From the NCBI GenBank assembly GCA_944390275.1, contig CALXPL010000004.1, positions 95,814 through 159,813 of the forward strand: a stretch of DNA of 64,000 nt, in the 5' to 3' direction. Under the pieces are notes generated by a model. The model searched no databases. It had not been told where the DNA came from and was given only the letters and a program-made list of their open reading frames with translations. The DNA comes from an uncultured Alphaproteobacteria bacterium (GTDB lineage: Bacteria; Pseudomonadota; Alphaproteobacteria; RF32; CAG-239). Both the position numbers and the translations under genes were made by a program. Below, piece by piece: positions 9,210 through 19,806 of the stretch. Every line of letters starts with the position of its first letter. Position 1 is the first letter of the stretch.

Positions 9210-10058
9210 ATGGAACAAAAGGGCAAACAAGACGAAGCCTTGCTGCTGAAGTATTACAAACGCTGTAAAGATAAAGTCCGCGATAATCAATATTTAAGTT
9301 TATATGCCGATGAAAAGCTCACGCACAGTTTTCAGGTTGTCGGAGCCGGAAATTATATCATGCGGCATGAAGATGTGTTCAAGAAAAGAGCAGATGAAAG
9401 ATACCTGCGCTCCGCAAAATTAGCTTATCTGTTTCACGACATCGGACGATTCGTTGAAATAGAACATTTATATGACGAATATCCCGATTTTAAGAAACAC
9501 GACCATTCACAATATAGTTATGAAATTTTGAAAGGAATTTTGGATTACGCACAAGCAGAAATATTGCTCCCGGTAAAACACCACGGACACATGATAAAAT
9601 CGTTATACGAAGATGAAGATTATCAAAAAATAAAAGATATCCAACAAAAGCAAGATGTTGAGCATATCGCTTTTTTGGTTCGCGATGCGGATAAAATAGC
9701 CAATTTTTACTTAATGAAAAATTCACAAAAACAAGAGAATGACATATTTGAGCATCTGTTCATGAATAAAGCACCGGAGGGAGAATTATCAGAGAAGATG
9801 GTTCATGACTTTTTATCATTAAAAATGCCGGGGCGAGGGGATATAAGATGCAAAGGCGATTGGATGCTTAATTATCTTTCATGGATATATGATTTAAATT
9901 ATCAGGCATCTTTTGACTTTTGCCGCAAAACAGGCGTGTTTACCGCCATGTTTAGGATACTCGATAAATATAATAAGAATAAAGACTTGCAGAAAGAAAT
10001 AGAACGGACTATTGTAGAATACATAAATCACCGAAATCAACAATTTGAAAGGGGATAA
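9210..10058 (+). CDS. HD-domain phosphohydrolase
   Basis: KLTHSFQV, LFHDIGRF, HH and VRDADKI motifs. Confidence 0.85.
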   Translation: MEQKGKQDEALLLKYYKRCKDKVRDNQYLSLYADEKLTHSFQVVGAGNYIMRHEDVFKKRADERYLRSAKLAYLFHDIGRFVEIEHLYDEYPDFKKHDHSQYSYEILKGILDYAQAEILLPVKHHGHMIKSLYEDEDYQKIKDIQQKQDVEHIAFLVRDADKIANFYLMKNSQKQENDIFEHLFMNKAPEGELSEKMVHDFLSLKMPGRGDIRCKGDWMLNYLSWIYDLNYQASFDFCRKTGVFTAMFRILDKYNKNKDLQKEIERTIVEYINHRNQQFERG

Positions 10059-10061
10059 GAC

Positions 10062-10826
10062 ATGAAAAAAAGATATCTGTTATTAGGTTTGGTAGCCGTA
10101 GCTGCCGGAGCATATTATTTTACGCCGTCCATCAGCAGCATAGTTTCGAGCTTGGTTCACAAGTATGGCAGTGAAGTTCTCGGAACCAATGTTGAAATGA
10201 AAGGGCTTGATTTTTCGTTGAGTAAAGGCGAAGCCAGTATTGATAAAATCACCATTGCCAATCCGAAAAATTATAAAAGCCCGACCTTGTTTGATTTAAC
10301 CAAAGTACAGGTAAAGGTTGATTTGAAGAGCTTGGCAAGCGATACGATAGTAATAGATTCAATTTTAATCGATAAACCGGAAATCACTTATGAAATGTTG
10401 TCGGTAACTCAAAATAATATTAAACAAATACAAGATAACATACAAAATTATCTGAAAACTCATAGCTCACAAGAAAGCAAGGCTGAAGCAAAAGAAGAAA
10501 CAACGAAAAAAGAAGAAGGCAGTTCAAAAAAAGTTGTGATTAAAGATTTGCAGATTAAAGGAGCGAAATTAGCGGCCGCGGCAATGGGTAAGGAAATTTC
10601 GGTAACTCTTCCGGATATTACGATGAAAAACATCGGAGAAGAAAAGAAAGAAAAGAGCATACCGGAAATTATTGCTGATGTTATGAACAAGATTTTAAGC
10701 ACCGCATCACAAGCTGTTGTCAGTAATAATTTGAGTAATCTTGAAGATGTCGCTAAAGAAAACTTACAAGAAGTTGTCGGAAATGTAAAAGACAGAGTTA
10801 AAGAACTCGGTATTTTCGGAAACTAA
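10062..10826 (+). CDS. AsmA/DUF748-like membrane-anchored protein
   Basis: N-terminal TM; IANPKNYKSP...IVIDSILIDKPEITYE...NNIKQI. Confidence 0.55.
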   Translation: MKKRYLLLGLVAVAAGAYYFTPSISSIVSSLVHKYGSEVLGTNVEMKGLDFSLSKGEASIDKITIANPKNYKSPTLFDLTKVQVKVDLKSLASDTIVIDSILIDKPEITYEMLSVTQNNIKQIQDNIQNYLKTHSSQESKAEAKEETTKKEEGSSKKVVIKDLQIKGAKLAAAAMGKEISVTLPDITMKNIGEEKKEKSIPEIIADVMNKILSTASQAVVSNNLSNLEDVAKENLQEVVGNVKDRVKELGIFGN

Positions 10827-10840
10827 GAAGATAAAAAACA

Positions 10841-10873
10841 AAAAAAGAGCAGGGTGAAATACCCTGCTTTTTT
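10841..10873 (+). terminator. Intrinsic terminator
   Basis: AGCAGGGT-GAAAT-ACCCTGCT followed by a T run. Confidence 0.7.
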
Positions 10874-10936
10874 ATGAGTTTATTTATAGAATACCTCGAG
10901 TTTACAGCGAAGTATTTATATCATAAGAACAGAAAG

Positions 10937-12556
10937 TTATTTAAAATATTGAGCGACAATATTGGGTGTAAGGATTTGCGGCAGAATTTGCAACTTTTCT
11001 CCGTCATAATAGACATATAAAGGAATACTGTTCCGTCCGTAATGCTCTAAGGCTTGAGCAATTTGCGAGTCCTTATTTGTCCAATCGGCTTTGAAGAGAA
11101 GAATATTTTTTTCTTGAGCGAGTTTGGCAAATTCTTGTGTGTTAAGAGTTGATTTCTCATTTGCAATACAAGTAATACACCACTTAGCCGTAAAATCGAT
11201 AAAAACTTTTTGCCCGTTATTGACAGCTTGCGTAACAGTTTCGTAATTATATTTATTCCAAGCAATACCGAATTGATTAACATCGGGACGATTGGCAAGC
11301 TGATTATAAAGAACCCAGCTCAACCAGACACAAGTGAGAAAGACGGGGATAACAAAAATACGTTTAAGTGTAACCATCCATTTCCCAGGTTTAGGCAACA
11401 GACGAGCCAAGACTTTCGGATAAAATCCGAGAAAGAGGAAAGGCGCGGCATAACCAAGAGACAGAGAAAAGAAAATGGGATAATAATAAAACACCGGTTT
11501 TGTTAAGGCATAAGCAATGGCAATTCCCATAAAAGGAGCGGTACAAGGTGTAGCAATCAACACAGAAAACACTCCGGTAAAGAAAGAGCTGAAATGCCGA
11601 GCCTTAACCGAAAGACGAACCATCGGGTCGGTAAATGGATTTTGCACTTTTATCAAATCAAGGAACATGAACAAGATAAGAATAAAAATAGCAAGGAGTA
11701 TCGACACAAAAACGGGAGATTGCATTTGAAAACCCCAACCGATTTTTTCGCCGTTTTCGCGAAACACCACTAAAACAAAAGCCATGAGTAAGAAAGAAGC
11801 AACAACCCCAACCGTATAAAGCAAAGCATCAGATTTCGCACGTTTTTTGTTTTTTGCCCCTTTAACGAGTGCAATAGCCTTAAGCGAGAGAACCGGAAAA
11901 ATGCATGGCATTAGGTTTAAGATAAGACCGCCGCCGAAGGCCATAAGCAAGATGAGCCAAAATTCGGGTTCAGAGTTAAGGTTAGGAATTTTGTCTTCTT
12001 GGAGCATAAAAGTTTTTTCGGCATTCCATAAAGTTTTATACCATGATTTTGACGGAGATACATTTTCTTTTGTAACCGGAAGGGTGAACGAAAATTTATG
12101 TTCTTGCGGAATACATTCATCGGCACATTCCTGCCAATATACCGTAGCCTCAAAATCAGCGGAAGGATTATCGGAGCAAGCCGGAGAGATGAGAGCATGA
12201 TAATAGGCTTTATCGGCATAGACGTTAAGGAGCAAGCCGTCATCATTAATTTCCTGAGCCAAACTCCAACGAACATGGGATATTTTGTAACCTTTAGGCA
12301 GTGTCCAATCCACTTTGGTTGGCAAACCGATATCTCCGGGAGCCGGAGAAAAAATATGCCAACCTTTTTCGATGTCAAATTCAAGAAGAACCTGCATATC
12401 TTGACAAGAATTAATTTTATCGGTTGTCGTCAAGAGTTTTAGGTTAACATGAGGTGTGCTTTTAGACAAAGAAAGAGCTTGCGCATTAGGAGATACTCCC
12501 AATCCCATTCCGATAAGACACCAAAGGATGGCAAATTTTTTCAACAATGATTTCAT
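10937..12556 (-). CDS. dsbD: DsbD-family thiol:disulfide interchange protein
   Basis: N-terminal DsbD domain with CxxxC, LNLMPCIFP, ATPCTAP, C-terminal thioredoxin WCITC. Confidence 0.85.
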   Translation of the reverse strand: MKSLLKKFAILWCLIGMGLGVSPNAQALSLSKSTPHVNLKLLTTTDKINSCQDMQVLLEFDIEKGWHIFSPAPGDIGLPTKVDWTLPKGYKISHVRWSLAQEINDDGLLLNVYADKAYYHALISPACSDNPSADFEATVYWQECADECIPQEHKFSFTLPVTKENVSPSKSWYKTLWNAEKTFMLQEDKIPNLNSEPEFWLILLMAFGGGLILNLMPCIFPVLSLKAIALVKGAKNKKRAKSDALLYTVGVVASFLLMAFVLVVFRENGEKIGWGFQMQSPVFVSILLAIFILILFMFLDLIKVQNPFTDPMVRLSVKARHFSSFFTGVFSVLIATPCTAPFMGIAIAYALTKPVFYYYPIFFSLSLGYAAPFLFLGFYPKVLARLLPKPGKWMVTLKRIFVIPVFLTCVWLSWVLYNQLANRPDVNQFGIAWNKYNYETVTQAVNNGQKVFIDFTAKWCITCIANEKSTLNTQEFAKLAQEKNILLFKADWTNKDSQIAQALEHYGRNSIPLYVYYDGEKLQILPQILTPNIVAQYFK

Positions 12557-13230
12557 TATTTTCCAGCAATAACAAAGTTATAATAAGCGGCAATCATAAT
12601 GCTGAAGGCTTTGACCAAGCATAAGATACCGAGAACGATGGCAAATTCCATAAACCAGAAAGGCAAGATGCAGAGGACAACGGAAGCCAAAAAGACTTCA
12701 GCCCCTTGAGCAAAGCCTCCGAGATAAAAAGGAGACTTGTCAAAGACGATTTGTTTTTCGGTTTGTTTTTTATAAGCAATAACGGCATAAGCGAGCATAG
12801 CGCAAGCAGAAGACGTAAAAGCAAAGAGAAAGAAGGAAGCGACAACGGCATTTTGCAAAGGATTAGCCAGAGCAAAACCGAAAATAATGCCGGCATAGAA
12901 CACATAATCAAGAGCCGCATCAAGAAAGATACCGAATTCCGTAATTTTGGAATGACGAGCAACGGCACCGTCGAGCAAGTCAAACACGCGATTGATAAGA
13001 ATACAAGCCAAAGCCCAACCATACATATTAAGAGCCAAAAAATTTACGGCAGAAATACCGATAATAAAGCCGAGAATAGAGATAAGATTAGCGTTAACGG
13101 ATTTTTTTACCAAGAATTTGGCTAAAACATTCACTTTATTAAGGAGAAGATTGTGAACTTTCTCGCAGGCTTTGTTTATATCTTGAAGAGATTTCTTGAT
13201 TCTGGAAAAGAGATGTTTATTCTCAAACAT
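12556..13230 (-). CDS. CDP-alcohol phosphatidyltransferase family protein (YnjF-like)
   Basis: DLLDGAVAR...G.FLD..LD motif. Confidence 0.85.
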   Translation of the reverse strand: MFENKHLFSRIKKSLQDINKACEKVHNLLLNKVNVLAKFLVKKSVNANLISILGFIIGISAVNFLALNMYGWALACILINRVFDLLDGAVARHSKITEFGIFLDAALDYVFYAGIIFGFALANPLQNAVVASFFLFAFTSSACAMLAYAVIAYKKQTEKQIVFDKSPFYLGGFAQGAEVFLASVVLCILPFWFMEFAIVLGILCLVKAFSIMIAAYYNFVIAGK

Positions 13231-13326
13231 GGTAATTGCCTTTCAAAAATAATGACTAAATTTATTTTAAAATAGAACAAAAAATCCATAAAGTAAAAGC
13301 AAGTTAACAAGTTATTAAACAAAAAA

Positions 13327-14412
13327 GTGAGAGACCAACGGATGGAACGCAAAAATATACTCTTAAGATACGGAAAAATCAGAATTTTTGCCTTAATAAT
13401 ATTAATCGTCGGAGCGGCTTATTACGGCTTAAAACACTCCTATCGTGCTTATCCGCTTTACGAAGGGGAAACGATGGGAACCTACTATCGTATCAAAATT
13501 AACTCACCGCGCGTTCCTTTATATATTCATGATTTAATAGAAAAAGAATTAAAGCAGGTAAACAAAGCCATGTCAGTTTTTGATAAGACATCGGAAATAA
13601 GCCGCATTAATCAAGCTCCGGCGGGGGAGAAAATAGAACTGTCTCCGGCCATGAGTGAATTAATGCAAACGGCGGAAAAAGTTTACAAACAAAGCCACGG
13701 AGCCTTTGATCCGAGTTTGGGAAAATTAATCAAAGTTTGGGGATTCGGACCGCAAAACCCAACAGAGCATCCTCAAAAAGCCGACATTGAAAAGTTAATG
13801 CAAACGGTAGGCTTTGCCAAAATAGAATTTTCACCGGATTATAAACAAATGCACAAAAAGGTAGAGGGTTTAGAGTTGAATTTATCAGCCATAGCCAAAG
13901 GCTACGGGGTTGATAGAGTTTATCGTTTGTTAAAAGAGAAAGGATACCACGATTTTATAGTTGATATCGGAGGAGAAGTCCGAACATTCGGCAACCGTAA
14001 TGCGGAAGAAGCAGGTTGGAATGTCGGGATTTCATCACCGGACAACAGCGGCAGAACGGTTTATGTCATGAATTTGCAAGATAAAGCCATTGCCACATCG
14101 GGAGATTATCGCAATTACAAGGAGGAAAACGGCAAACGCTATGCACACACCATTTCTTCCCAAGACGGCTATCCGGTAGAAAACAATGTGGCTTCGGTTA
14201 CCATCATTTCGGATAATTGTATGGAAGCCGATGCTTATGCTACGGCAATCATGGCGTTAGGGGCACAACAGGGAATGGCTTTGGCGGAACAACAAAATAT
14301 GGCCGTATTGATTTTTGAACATATTCCCAACAGCCAAGGAGAATACAAACTTTGGCATAGTGAAGAATTTAAAAAGATGGTAAAAGGTCCGCTTTATGAA
14401 CAATATCAGTAA
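13327..14412 (+). CDS. apbE: FAD:protein FMN transferase ApbE
   Basis: TMGTYY, LSAIAKGYGVD, DIGGE, ATSGDYRN, ADAYATA; start may be the ATG at 13342. Confidence 0.92.
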   Translation: MRDQRMERKNILLRYGKIRIFALIILIVGAAYYGLKHSYRAYPLYEGETMGTYYRIKINSPRVPLYIHDLIEKELKQVNKAMSVFDKTSEISRINQAPAGEKIELSPAMSELMQTAEKVYKQSHGAFDPSLGKLIKVWGFGPQNPTEHPQKADIEKLMQTVGFAKIEFSPDYKQMHKKVEGLELNLSAIAKGYGVDRVYRLLKEKGYHDFIVDIGGEVRTFGNRNAEEAGWNVGISSPDNSGRTVYVMNLQDKAIATSGDYRNYKEENGKRYAHTISSQDGYPVENNVASVTIISDNCMEADAYATAIMALGAQQGMALAEQQNMAVLIFEHIPNSQGEYKLWHSEEFKKMVKGPLYEQYQ

Positions 14413-14836
14413 AGAAGGAGAAATAATCGCACTGACGGATAAGTCTGTTACCATCCGTTATCTTTGTGCATCGGCCTGCCGCAATTGTCCGGCACAAAAC
14501 CTTTGTCCAAGCCATGAAAACCAAAATAAAGAAATAGAGATTATGCGAGACAAGGACAAAATTTATCATATCGGAGATAAGATAAAGATAAATTTACAAG
14601 AACGAAGCGGTTGGCTGGCCATAATTTTAGCTTATCTGATGCCGTTAGCGATAGTCCTTGGATTTATAAGCTATGCCACAGCTGAAAAATGGTCAGAGTT
14701 AACAACGGCAACAATAGGCTTGTTAATTGTTCCTGTGTATTATATACTTCTTAATCGAATGAGTAAACGATTGCAAACAATGATAAAGATAGAAATACAA
14801 GAAAAGCAAAGCCAAAAAGGAGCGGAAGAAAAATGA
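14396..14836 (+). CDS. rseC: RseC/MucC family protein
   Basis: SACRNCPAQNLC motif and AYLMPL TM pair. Confidence 0.8.
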   Translation: MNNISKEGEIIALTDKSVTIRYLCASACRNCPAQNLCPSHENQNKEIEIMRDKDKIYHIGDKIKINLQERSGWLAIILAYLMPLAIVLGFISYATAEKWSELTTATIGLLIVPVYYILLNRMSKRLQTMIKIEIQEKQSQKGAEEK

Positions 14837-15660
14837 ACGCCATAGTGATAAATATTTTAATTGTGGGAGGAATTTCTTTTTTTTCTGCGATAATTCTGTA
14901 TTGGGTATCACAAAAATTTTCCGTAAGAGAAAATCCGAAAATCAAAAAGATTGAGAGTTTGCTTCCCAACGTCAATTGCGGCGGATGTGGAAAAGCCGGC
15001 TGCCGTGATTTTGCTCAGAGTTGTGTCAAAGCTGACAAAGAAACCTTTGCCAAACTTTATTGTACGGTAGGCGGACAAACCGTTATGGAAAAAATCGGTC
15101 GCGAATTAGGTTTTGAAGTTGCGGAGCATGAAGCACTGGTAGCGGTATTACGTTGCAACGGAACATGCGAAAACGCACCGTCAAAATTTGAATATGTCGG
15201 CTTAAAAAGTTGTCGTATGGCCGCAAGAATCACCACCTCACAAAGCGAATGCCCGACAGGTTGTGTGCGTTTTGGCGATTGCGTCAAAGCGTGCAAATTC
15301 GGGGCTCTGAAATTATCAAAAGAAACAGGTATGCCGGTTGTAGATACGGATAAATGCATCGGATGCGGAGCTTGTGTAAGAATATGTCCGAAACAACTGT
15401 TTGAATTAAGACCGCGTGGAAAAAATAACGAGCGTGTTTATGTCGCTTGCCGCAACACTCAAAAAGGAGCGGAAGCACGCAAGAACTGTAAAGTAGCTTG
15501 TATCGCTTGTCAAAAATGTGCAAAAATTTGTAATGAGATAAAGATAGAGAACAATTTATCTTATATTCCGAGCAGTGTCGATGCTCAAAAATACGGAAAG
15601 CAATTAGCAGACGCTTGCCCGACGGGAGCAATACACTATACGGGTAAAAAGGAAGGATAA
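14833..15660 (+). CDS. rnfB: Rnf complex subunit B
   Basis: LPNVNCGGCGKAGC and ferredoxin CxxCxxCxxxCP motifs. Confidence 0.92.
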   Translation: MNAIVINILIVGGISFFSAIILYWVSQKFSVRENPKIKKIESLLPNVNCGGCGKAGCRDFAQSCVKADKETFAKLYCTVGGQTVMEKIGRELGFEVAEHEALVAVLRCNGTCENAPSKFEYVGLKSCRMAARITTSQSECPTGCVRFGDCVKACKFGALKLSKETGMPVVDTDKCIGCGACVRICPKQLFELRPRGKNNERVYVACRNTQKGAEARKNCKVACIACQKCAKICNEIKIENNLSYIPSSVDAQKYGKQLADACPTGAIHYTGKKEG

Positions 15661-15662
15661 GG

Positions 15663-16988
15663 ATGAAAAAATACACATTTCCCTTAGGCGGTATCCACAT
15701 CAACAAACACAAAAGAAGTTCGGGATTGGCAATCATACCGGCAGGGTTACCGGAAACGGTTTATATTCCGATACGCCAACATATAGGTTCACCGGCCAAA
15801 ATACTTGTCAAAAAGGGGGATAAAGTAAAAGTCGGAACACTTCTGGCTGATGCCGACGGTGTTGTTTCCGCAGATATTCATTCGTCGGTATCGGGAGAAG
15901 TGATAAAAATTGATGACATCATTGATGACAGCGGTTATCCGAGTACGATGATTGTTATCAAAGTTGAAGGAGATGACTACGAACCGAGCATAGACCGTAG
16001 TCCGGATATTATTCGTGATATAAAAGACGATAAAGAGACAATAATCAAGAAAATACAAGCCTCCGGCATAGTCGGAATGGGCGGAGCCGGTTTCCCGACC
16101 CCGATAAAGGTAACTTTGCCCAAAGGGAAAAAAGCGGAATATTTAATCTTAAACGGCATTGAATGTGAGGCATATTTAACAGCCGATGACCGCTTGATGG
16201 TAGAGAAGGCGGAAGAAATCATCATCGGAGCCAAAATATTAAATAAGGCGTTAGGAATACAAAACGCAATTATCGCCATAGATGAAAATAAACCAGAAGC
16301 CATAAAAGTTTTATCAGAATTGACAAGACGCTATGTCGGAGTAAATGTCCGTGTTTGCAAGAGTAAATATCCGCAAGGAGCGGAGAAGCAATTAATCAAG
16401 GCCATTACCGGACGAGAAGTCCCGAGCCGAGGCTTGCCGATAGATGTCGGCTGCGTTGTTCAAAATGTCGGCACGGCTTATGCCGTTTATGAGGCGGTCC
16501 AAAAGAACAAACCGCTTTTTGAAAGAGTTGTAACCGTCTCGGGAGATGATGCGGTTGATAATCCGGCCAATTATTTAGTCAGGGTAGGAACACCGGCCTC
16601 GTTTTTAATCAAACGTTCATGTTCAGACACCTCGCGTATCGGAAAGATTATTTTCGGAGGAGCCATGATGGGAACAGCCGCCGTCAATAGTGATGCTCCG
16701 ATAACCAAACTGACATCGGGAGTTTTACTCTTAAATGATTTAGATGCGCAAAAGCCGCAAGAAACAGCATGTATCAGATGTGGAAAATGTGTTGAAGCCT
16801 GCCCGATGGGACTAAGACCCTTCGCCATAGCCTCAGCCATAAAGAATAATGATGATTTAAATGAATTACGACGTTTGCATACATTAGATTGTATCGAATG
16901 TGGTTCCTGTGCTTATACTTGTCCGGCCAAGATACCGCTTTTAGATTATTGCAAACTCGGCAAAATAGAACTACGCAAACAAAAATAA
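15663..16988 (+). CDS. rnfC: Rnf complex subunit C
   Basis: QHIGSPA, GIVGMGGAGFP, ECEAYLTADDR, YPQGAEKQLI, two 4Fe-4S motifs. Confidence 0.95.
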   Translation: MKKYTFPLGGIHINKHKRSSGLAIIPAGLPETVYIPIRQHIGSPAKILVKKGDKVKVGTLLADADGVVSADIHSSVSGEVIKIDDIIDDSGYPSTMIVIKVEGDDYEPSIDRSPDIIRDIKDDKETIIKKIQASGIVGMGGAGFPTPIKVTLPKGKKAEYLILNGIECEAYLTADDRLMVEKAEEIIIGAKILNKALGIQNAIIAIDENKPEAIKVLSELTRRYVGVNVRVCKSKYPQGAEKQLIKAITGREVPSRGLPIDVGCVVQNVGTAYAVYEAVQKNKPLFERVVTVSGDDAVDNPANYLVRVGTPASFLIKRSCSDTSRIGKIIFGGAMMGTAAVNSDAPITKLTSGVLLLNDLDAQKPQETACIRCGKCVEACPMGLRPFAIASAIKNNDDLNELRRLHTLDCIECGSCAYTCPAKIPLLDYCKLGKIELRKQK

Positions 16989-16998
16989 GGCAAAAAAT

Positions 16999-17979
16999 AT
17001 GTTAAAAATATCCACGGCACCTCATTTAAATTCTCCGCTATCAACACGCGGTATTATGGGACATGTCATAATTGCCATGCTTCCGTTAGCATTTATGAGC
17101 ATTGCCTATTTTGGAATTTCCGCACTTGAAGTCATAATAACCTCGGTTGCCGGTTGTGTTTTATTTGAATATCTCATCAGTCGCTATTTGATGAAAGTAC
17201 CAAACAGCACGCGTGATTTATCGGCAGTTGTAACCGGCTTGTTATTAGCCTTTAATCTTCCGGCCGGCATGCCGATTTGGATGACGTTGGTGGGTTGCTT
17301 GATTGCCATAGGTGTTGCCAAAATGGCTTTTGGCGGCATAGGAAAGAATTTGTTTAATCCGGCTCTAGTCGGAAGAGTCTTTTTGTTCATTTCGTTTCCG
17401 GTCCAAATGACACATTGGATAAAGCCGGATTTATTCCATTTTATGAACTTGGATGCCCAGACAGCGGCCACACCACTGGGAATATTAAAACATATGGATG
17501 CTTTAAGCACGGCAAGTCAACACCATCTTCCGCAATATTGGGAAATGTTTGTCGGTTATACGGGAGGCAGTTTGGGAGAAGTCTCGACCGCTGCCATTTT
17601 ATTGGGCTTTATCTATATGTTGTGGAAAAAAATAATCGGTTGGGAGATACCGGTTTACTACATCGGAACATTTTTAATTTTCATCGGAATTCATTGGCTG
17701 TTAACGGGAGAAACACGTTACGAACCGATGACACACATTTTGTCGGGAGGTTTGATGTTGGGAGCCGTATTTATGGCAACCGATTACACAACATCACCGA
17801 TGACACGAAGAGGACGCATAATTTTCGCCATCGGCTGTGGATTTTTAACTTATATAATCAGAATATATAGTGTTTATCCGGAAGGCGTGTCTTTTGCCAT
17901 ATTAATTATGAATGCTTTTGTCCCGATAATTGACATGACCTGTATTCCGCGGGTCTTTGGCAGCAAGGAGCGCAAATAA
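16999..17979 (+). CDS. rnfD: Rnf complex subunit D
   Basis: FGGIGKNLFNPA, TAATPL FMN site, FMATDYTTSP. Confidence 0.95.
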   Translation: MLKISTAPHLNSPLSTRGIMGHVIIAMLPLAFMSIAYFGISALEVIITSVAGCVLFEYLISRYLMKVPNSTRDLSAVVTGLLLAFNLPAGMPIWMTLVGCLIAIGVAKMAFGGIGKNLFNPALVGRVFLFISFPVQMTHWIKPDLFHFMNLDAQTAATPLGILKHMDALSTASQHHLPQYWEMFVGYTGGSLGEVSTAAILLGFIYMLWKKIIGWEIPVYYIGTFLIFIGIHWLLTGETRYEPMTHILSGGLMLGAVFMATDYTTSPMTRRGRIIFAIGCGFLTYIIRIYSVYPEGVSFAILIMNAFVPIIDMTCIPRVFGSKERK

Positions 17980-18560
17980 TGAAAAAAATACCATCATCAT
18001 TAAAAAATATGATACTCAGTCTGTGCCTAATCGGAATATTTTCGGCCTTTATCATCGGCAGTGTTCATCAAATCACCGAAAAGCCGATTGCCGAAGCCAA
18101 GAACAGAGCTGAAGCCGATGCCATTTATAAAATAATAGGTATGAAAGCAGACAACAATCCCTTTGCCGATAAGCTGAAAGTAAAATTAAAAAACAGCAAA
18201 AGCAAATTAACGGTATATCCGTTAAAAAAAGACGGATTAATTAAAGCCTTCGCCATAAAATCGAACAGCAACAAAGGGTTTGGCGGAAAATTAGAAATTT
18301 TGGTCGGGATTACCATTGACGGTTACATCTTGGGCTATGAAGTCTTAAAAAGTCAGGAAACACCGGGGTTAGGCAGCAAAGTTTCGGAAGAAAAATTCAA
18401 ATCGCAATTTGTCGGATTAAGACCTAAAGAAGAGCTAAAGGTTAAACAAGACGGCGGAGAAATAGATGCGGTAACCGCGGCAACAATTAGTTCACGAGCC
18501 GTAACCGAAGCCGTTCAAAAAGCTTATGACGGATATAAGAAATTAAGCCACAGGAGATAA
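17979..18560 (+). CDS. rnfG: Rnf complex subunit G
   Basis: ETPGLG and DAVTAATISS FMN site. Confidence 0.93.
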   Translation: MKKIPSSLKNMILSLCLIGIFSAFIIGSVHQITEKPIAEAKNRAEADAIYKIIGMKADNNPFADKLKVKLKNSKSKLTVYPLKKDGLIKAFAIKSNSNKGFGGKLEILVGITIDGYILGYEVLKSQETPGLGSKVSEEKFKSQFVGLRPKEELKVKQDGGEIDAVTAATISSRAVTEAVQKAYDGYKKLSHRR

Positions 18561-18563
18561 CAA

Positions 18564-19160
18564 ATGGATAAGACGAGTAAAGAAAATTTAACCAGAGGCA
18601 TAATCCGAGAAAACCCGACATTTGTTATGCTTTTAGGAATGTGTCCGACATTAGGGGTAACGACTTCGGCATTAAATGGTTTAGGCATGGGTTTGGCAAC
18701 AATGTTTGTTTTGGCACTTTCCAACATGGCGGTATCAAGTTTTAAGAATGTCATACCCGACGGGGTGAGAATACCGGCTTATATTGTTATCATCGCGTCA
18801 TTTGTAACGGTAATCGAAATGTTAATGGCGGCTTATGTCCCTTTATTGCACCGCGCCTTGGGAATATATATTCCGTTGATAGTTGTAAATTGTATTATCT
18901 TAGGGCGAGCTGAAGCCTTTGCTTCCAAAAACAGTATCGGACAATCATTGTTGGACGGTATTGGCATGGGCCTTGGCTTTACGATAGCACTGTTTTTGTT
19001 GGGAAGCATAAGAGAGATACTCGGTTCAGGAAGTTTTCTGGGATACAACTTTTTTGACGAAGGAGCAGAAACCATATTAATGTTTATCATGCCTCCGGGA
19101 GCCTTTTTAGTCTTAGGATTTTTGATTGTTATCTTTAACCGAATAAAAGGAGCAAAATAA
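18564..19160 (+). CDS. rnfE: Rnf complex subunit E
   Basis: LLGMCPTLG, IPLIVVNCIILGRAE. Confidence 0.95.
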   Translation: MDKTSKENLTRGIIRENPTFVMLLGMCPTLGVTTSALNGLGMGLATMFVLALSNMAVSSFKNVIPDGVRIPAYIVIIASFVTVIEMLMAAYVPLLHRALGIYIPLIVVNCIILGRAEAFASKNSIGQSLLDGIGMGLGFTIALFLLGSIREILGSGSFLGYNFFDEGAETILMFIMPPGAFLVLGFLIVIFNRIKGAK

Positions 19161-19161
19161 A

Positions 19162-19737
19162 ATGAGTTATGCGATGATTTTTATTGCGGCGATATTTGTA
19201 AATAACATAGTCTTATCTCAGTTTTTAGGGATATGCCCGTTTCTGGGAGTATCTAAAAAGATAAGTACTTCGGTAGGCATGGGCTTTGCGGTAATGTTTG
19301 TGATGACCTTATCTTCAATCGCGACCTATGCAATATATCACGGATTATTGCTTCCGTACAATCTGCAATATATGATAACGGTAGTTTTCATATTGGTTAT
19401 AGCCTCTTTGGTTCAGGTTGTTGAAATAATCATGAAAAAGATGACCCCGTCACTTTATCAGGCTTTAGGAATATTTTTACCGTTAATCACAACAAATTGC
19501 GCGGTTTTGGGAATTGCCATATTATCGGTACAAAAGGAACTGAGTCTAGCCGAAACAGTGTGCTATAATTTAGCCAATGCCATGGGATTTACCTTAGCCA
19601 TTGTCTTATTTGCGGGCTTGAGAGAAAGATTGAGCCGCACCAAAATACCGCAAGCTCTCCAAGGCACTCCGATAGCTTTAATTACGGCGGGATTGCTTTC
19701 TATGGCTTTTATGGGTTTTTCAGGAGTAGGGAATTAA
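19162..19737 (+). CDS. rnfA: Rnf complex subunit A
   Basis: FLGICPFLGVS, LPLITTNCAVLG. Confidence 0.95.
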   Translation: MSYAMIFIAAIFVNNIVLSQFLGICPFLGVSKKISTSVGMGFAVMFVMTLSSIATYAIYHGLLLPYNLQYMITVVFILVIASLVQVVEIIMKKMTPSLYQALGIFLPLITTNCAVLGIAILSVQKELSLAETVCYNLANAMGFTLAIVLFAGLRERLSRTKIPQALQGTPIALITAGLLSMAFMGFSGVGN

Positions 19738-19761
19738 AAGAAAAAAAATACGGATAAAAAA

Positions 19762-19797
19762 ACAAACTTCAGAGAGTTTTCTCTGAAGTTTGTTTGT
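19762..19797. terminator. Hairpin terminator between convergent genes
   Basis: ACAAACTTCAGAGA-GTTT-TCTCTGAAGTTTGT inverted repeat. Confidence 0.7.
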
Positions 19798-19806
19798 AAG
19801 AACTTT

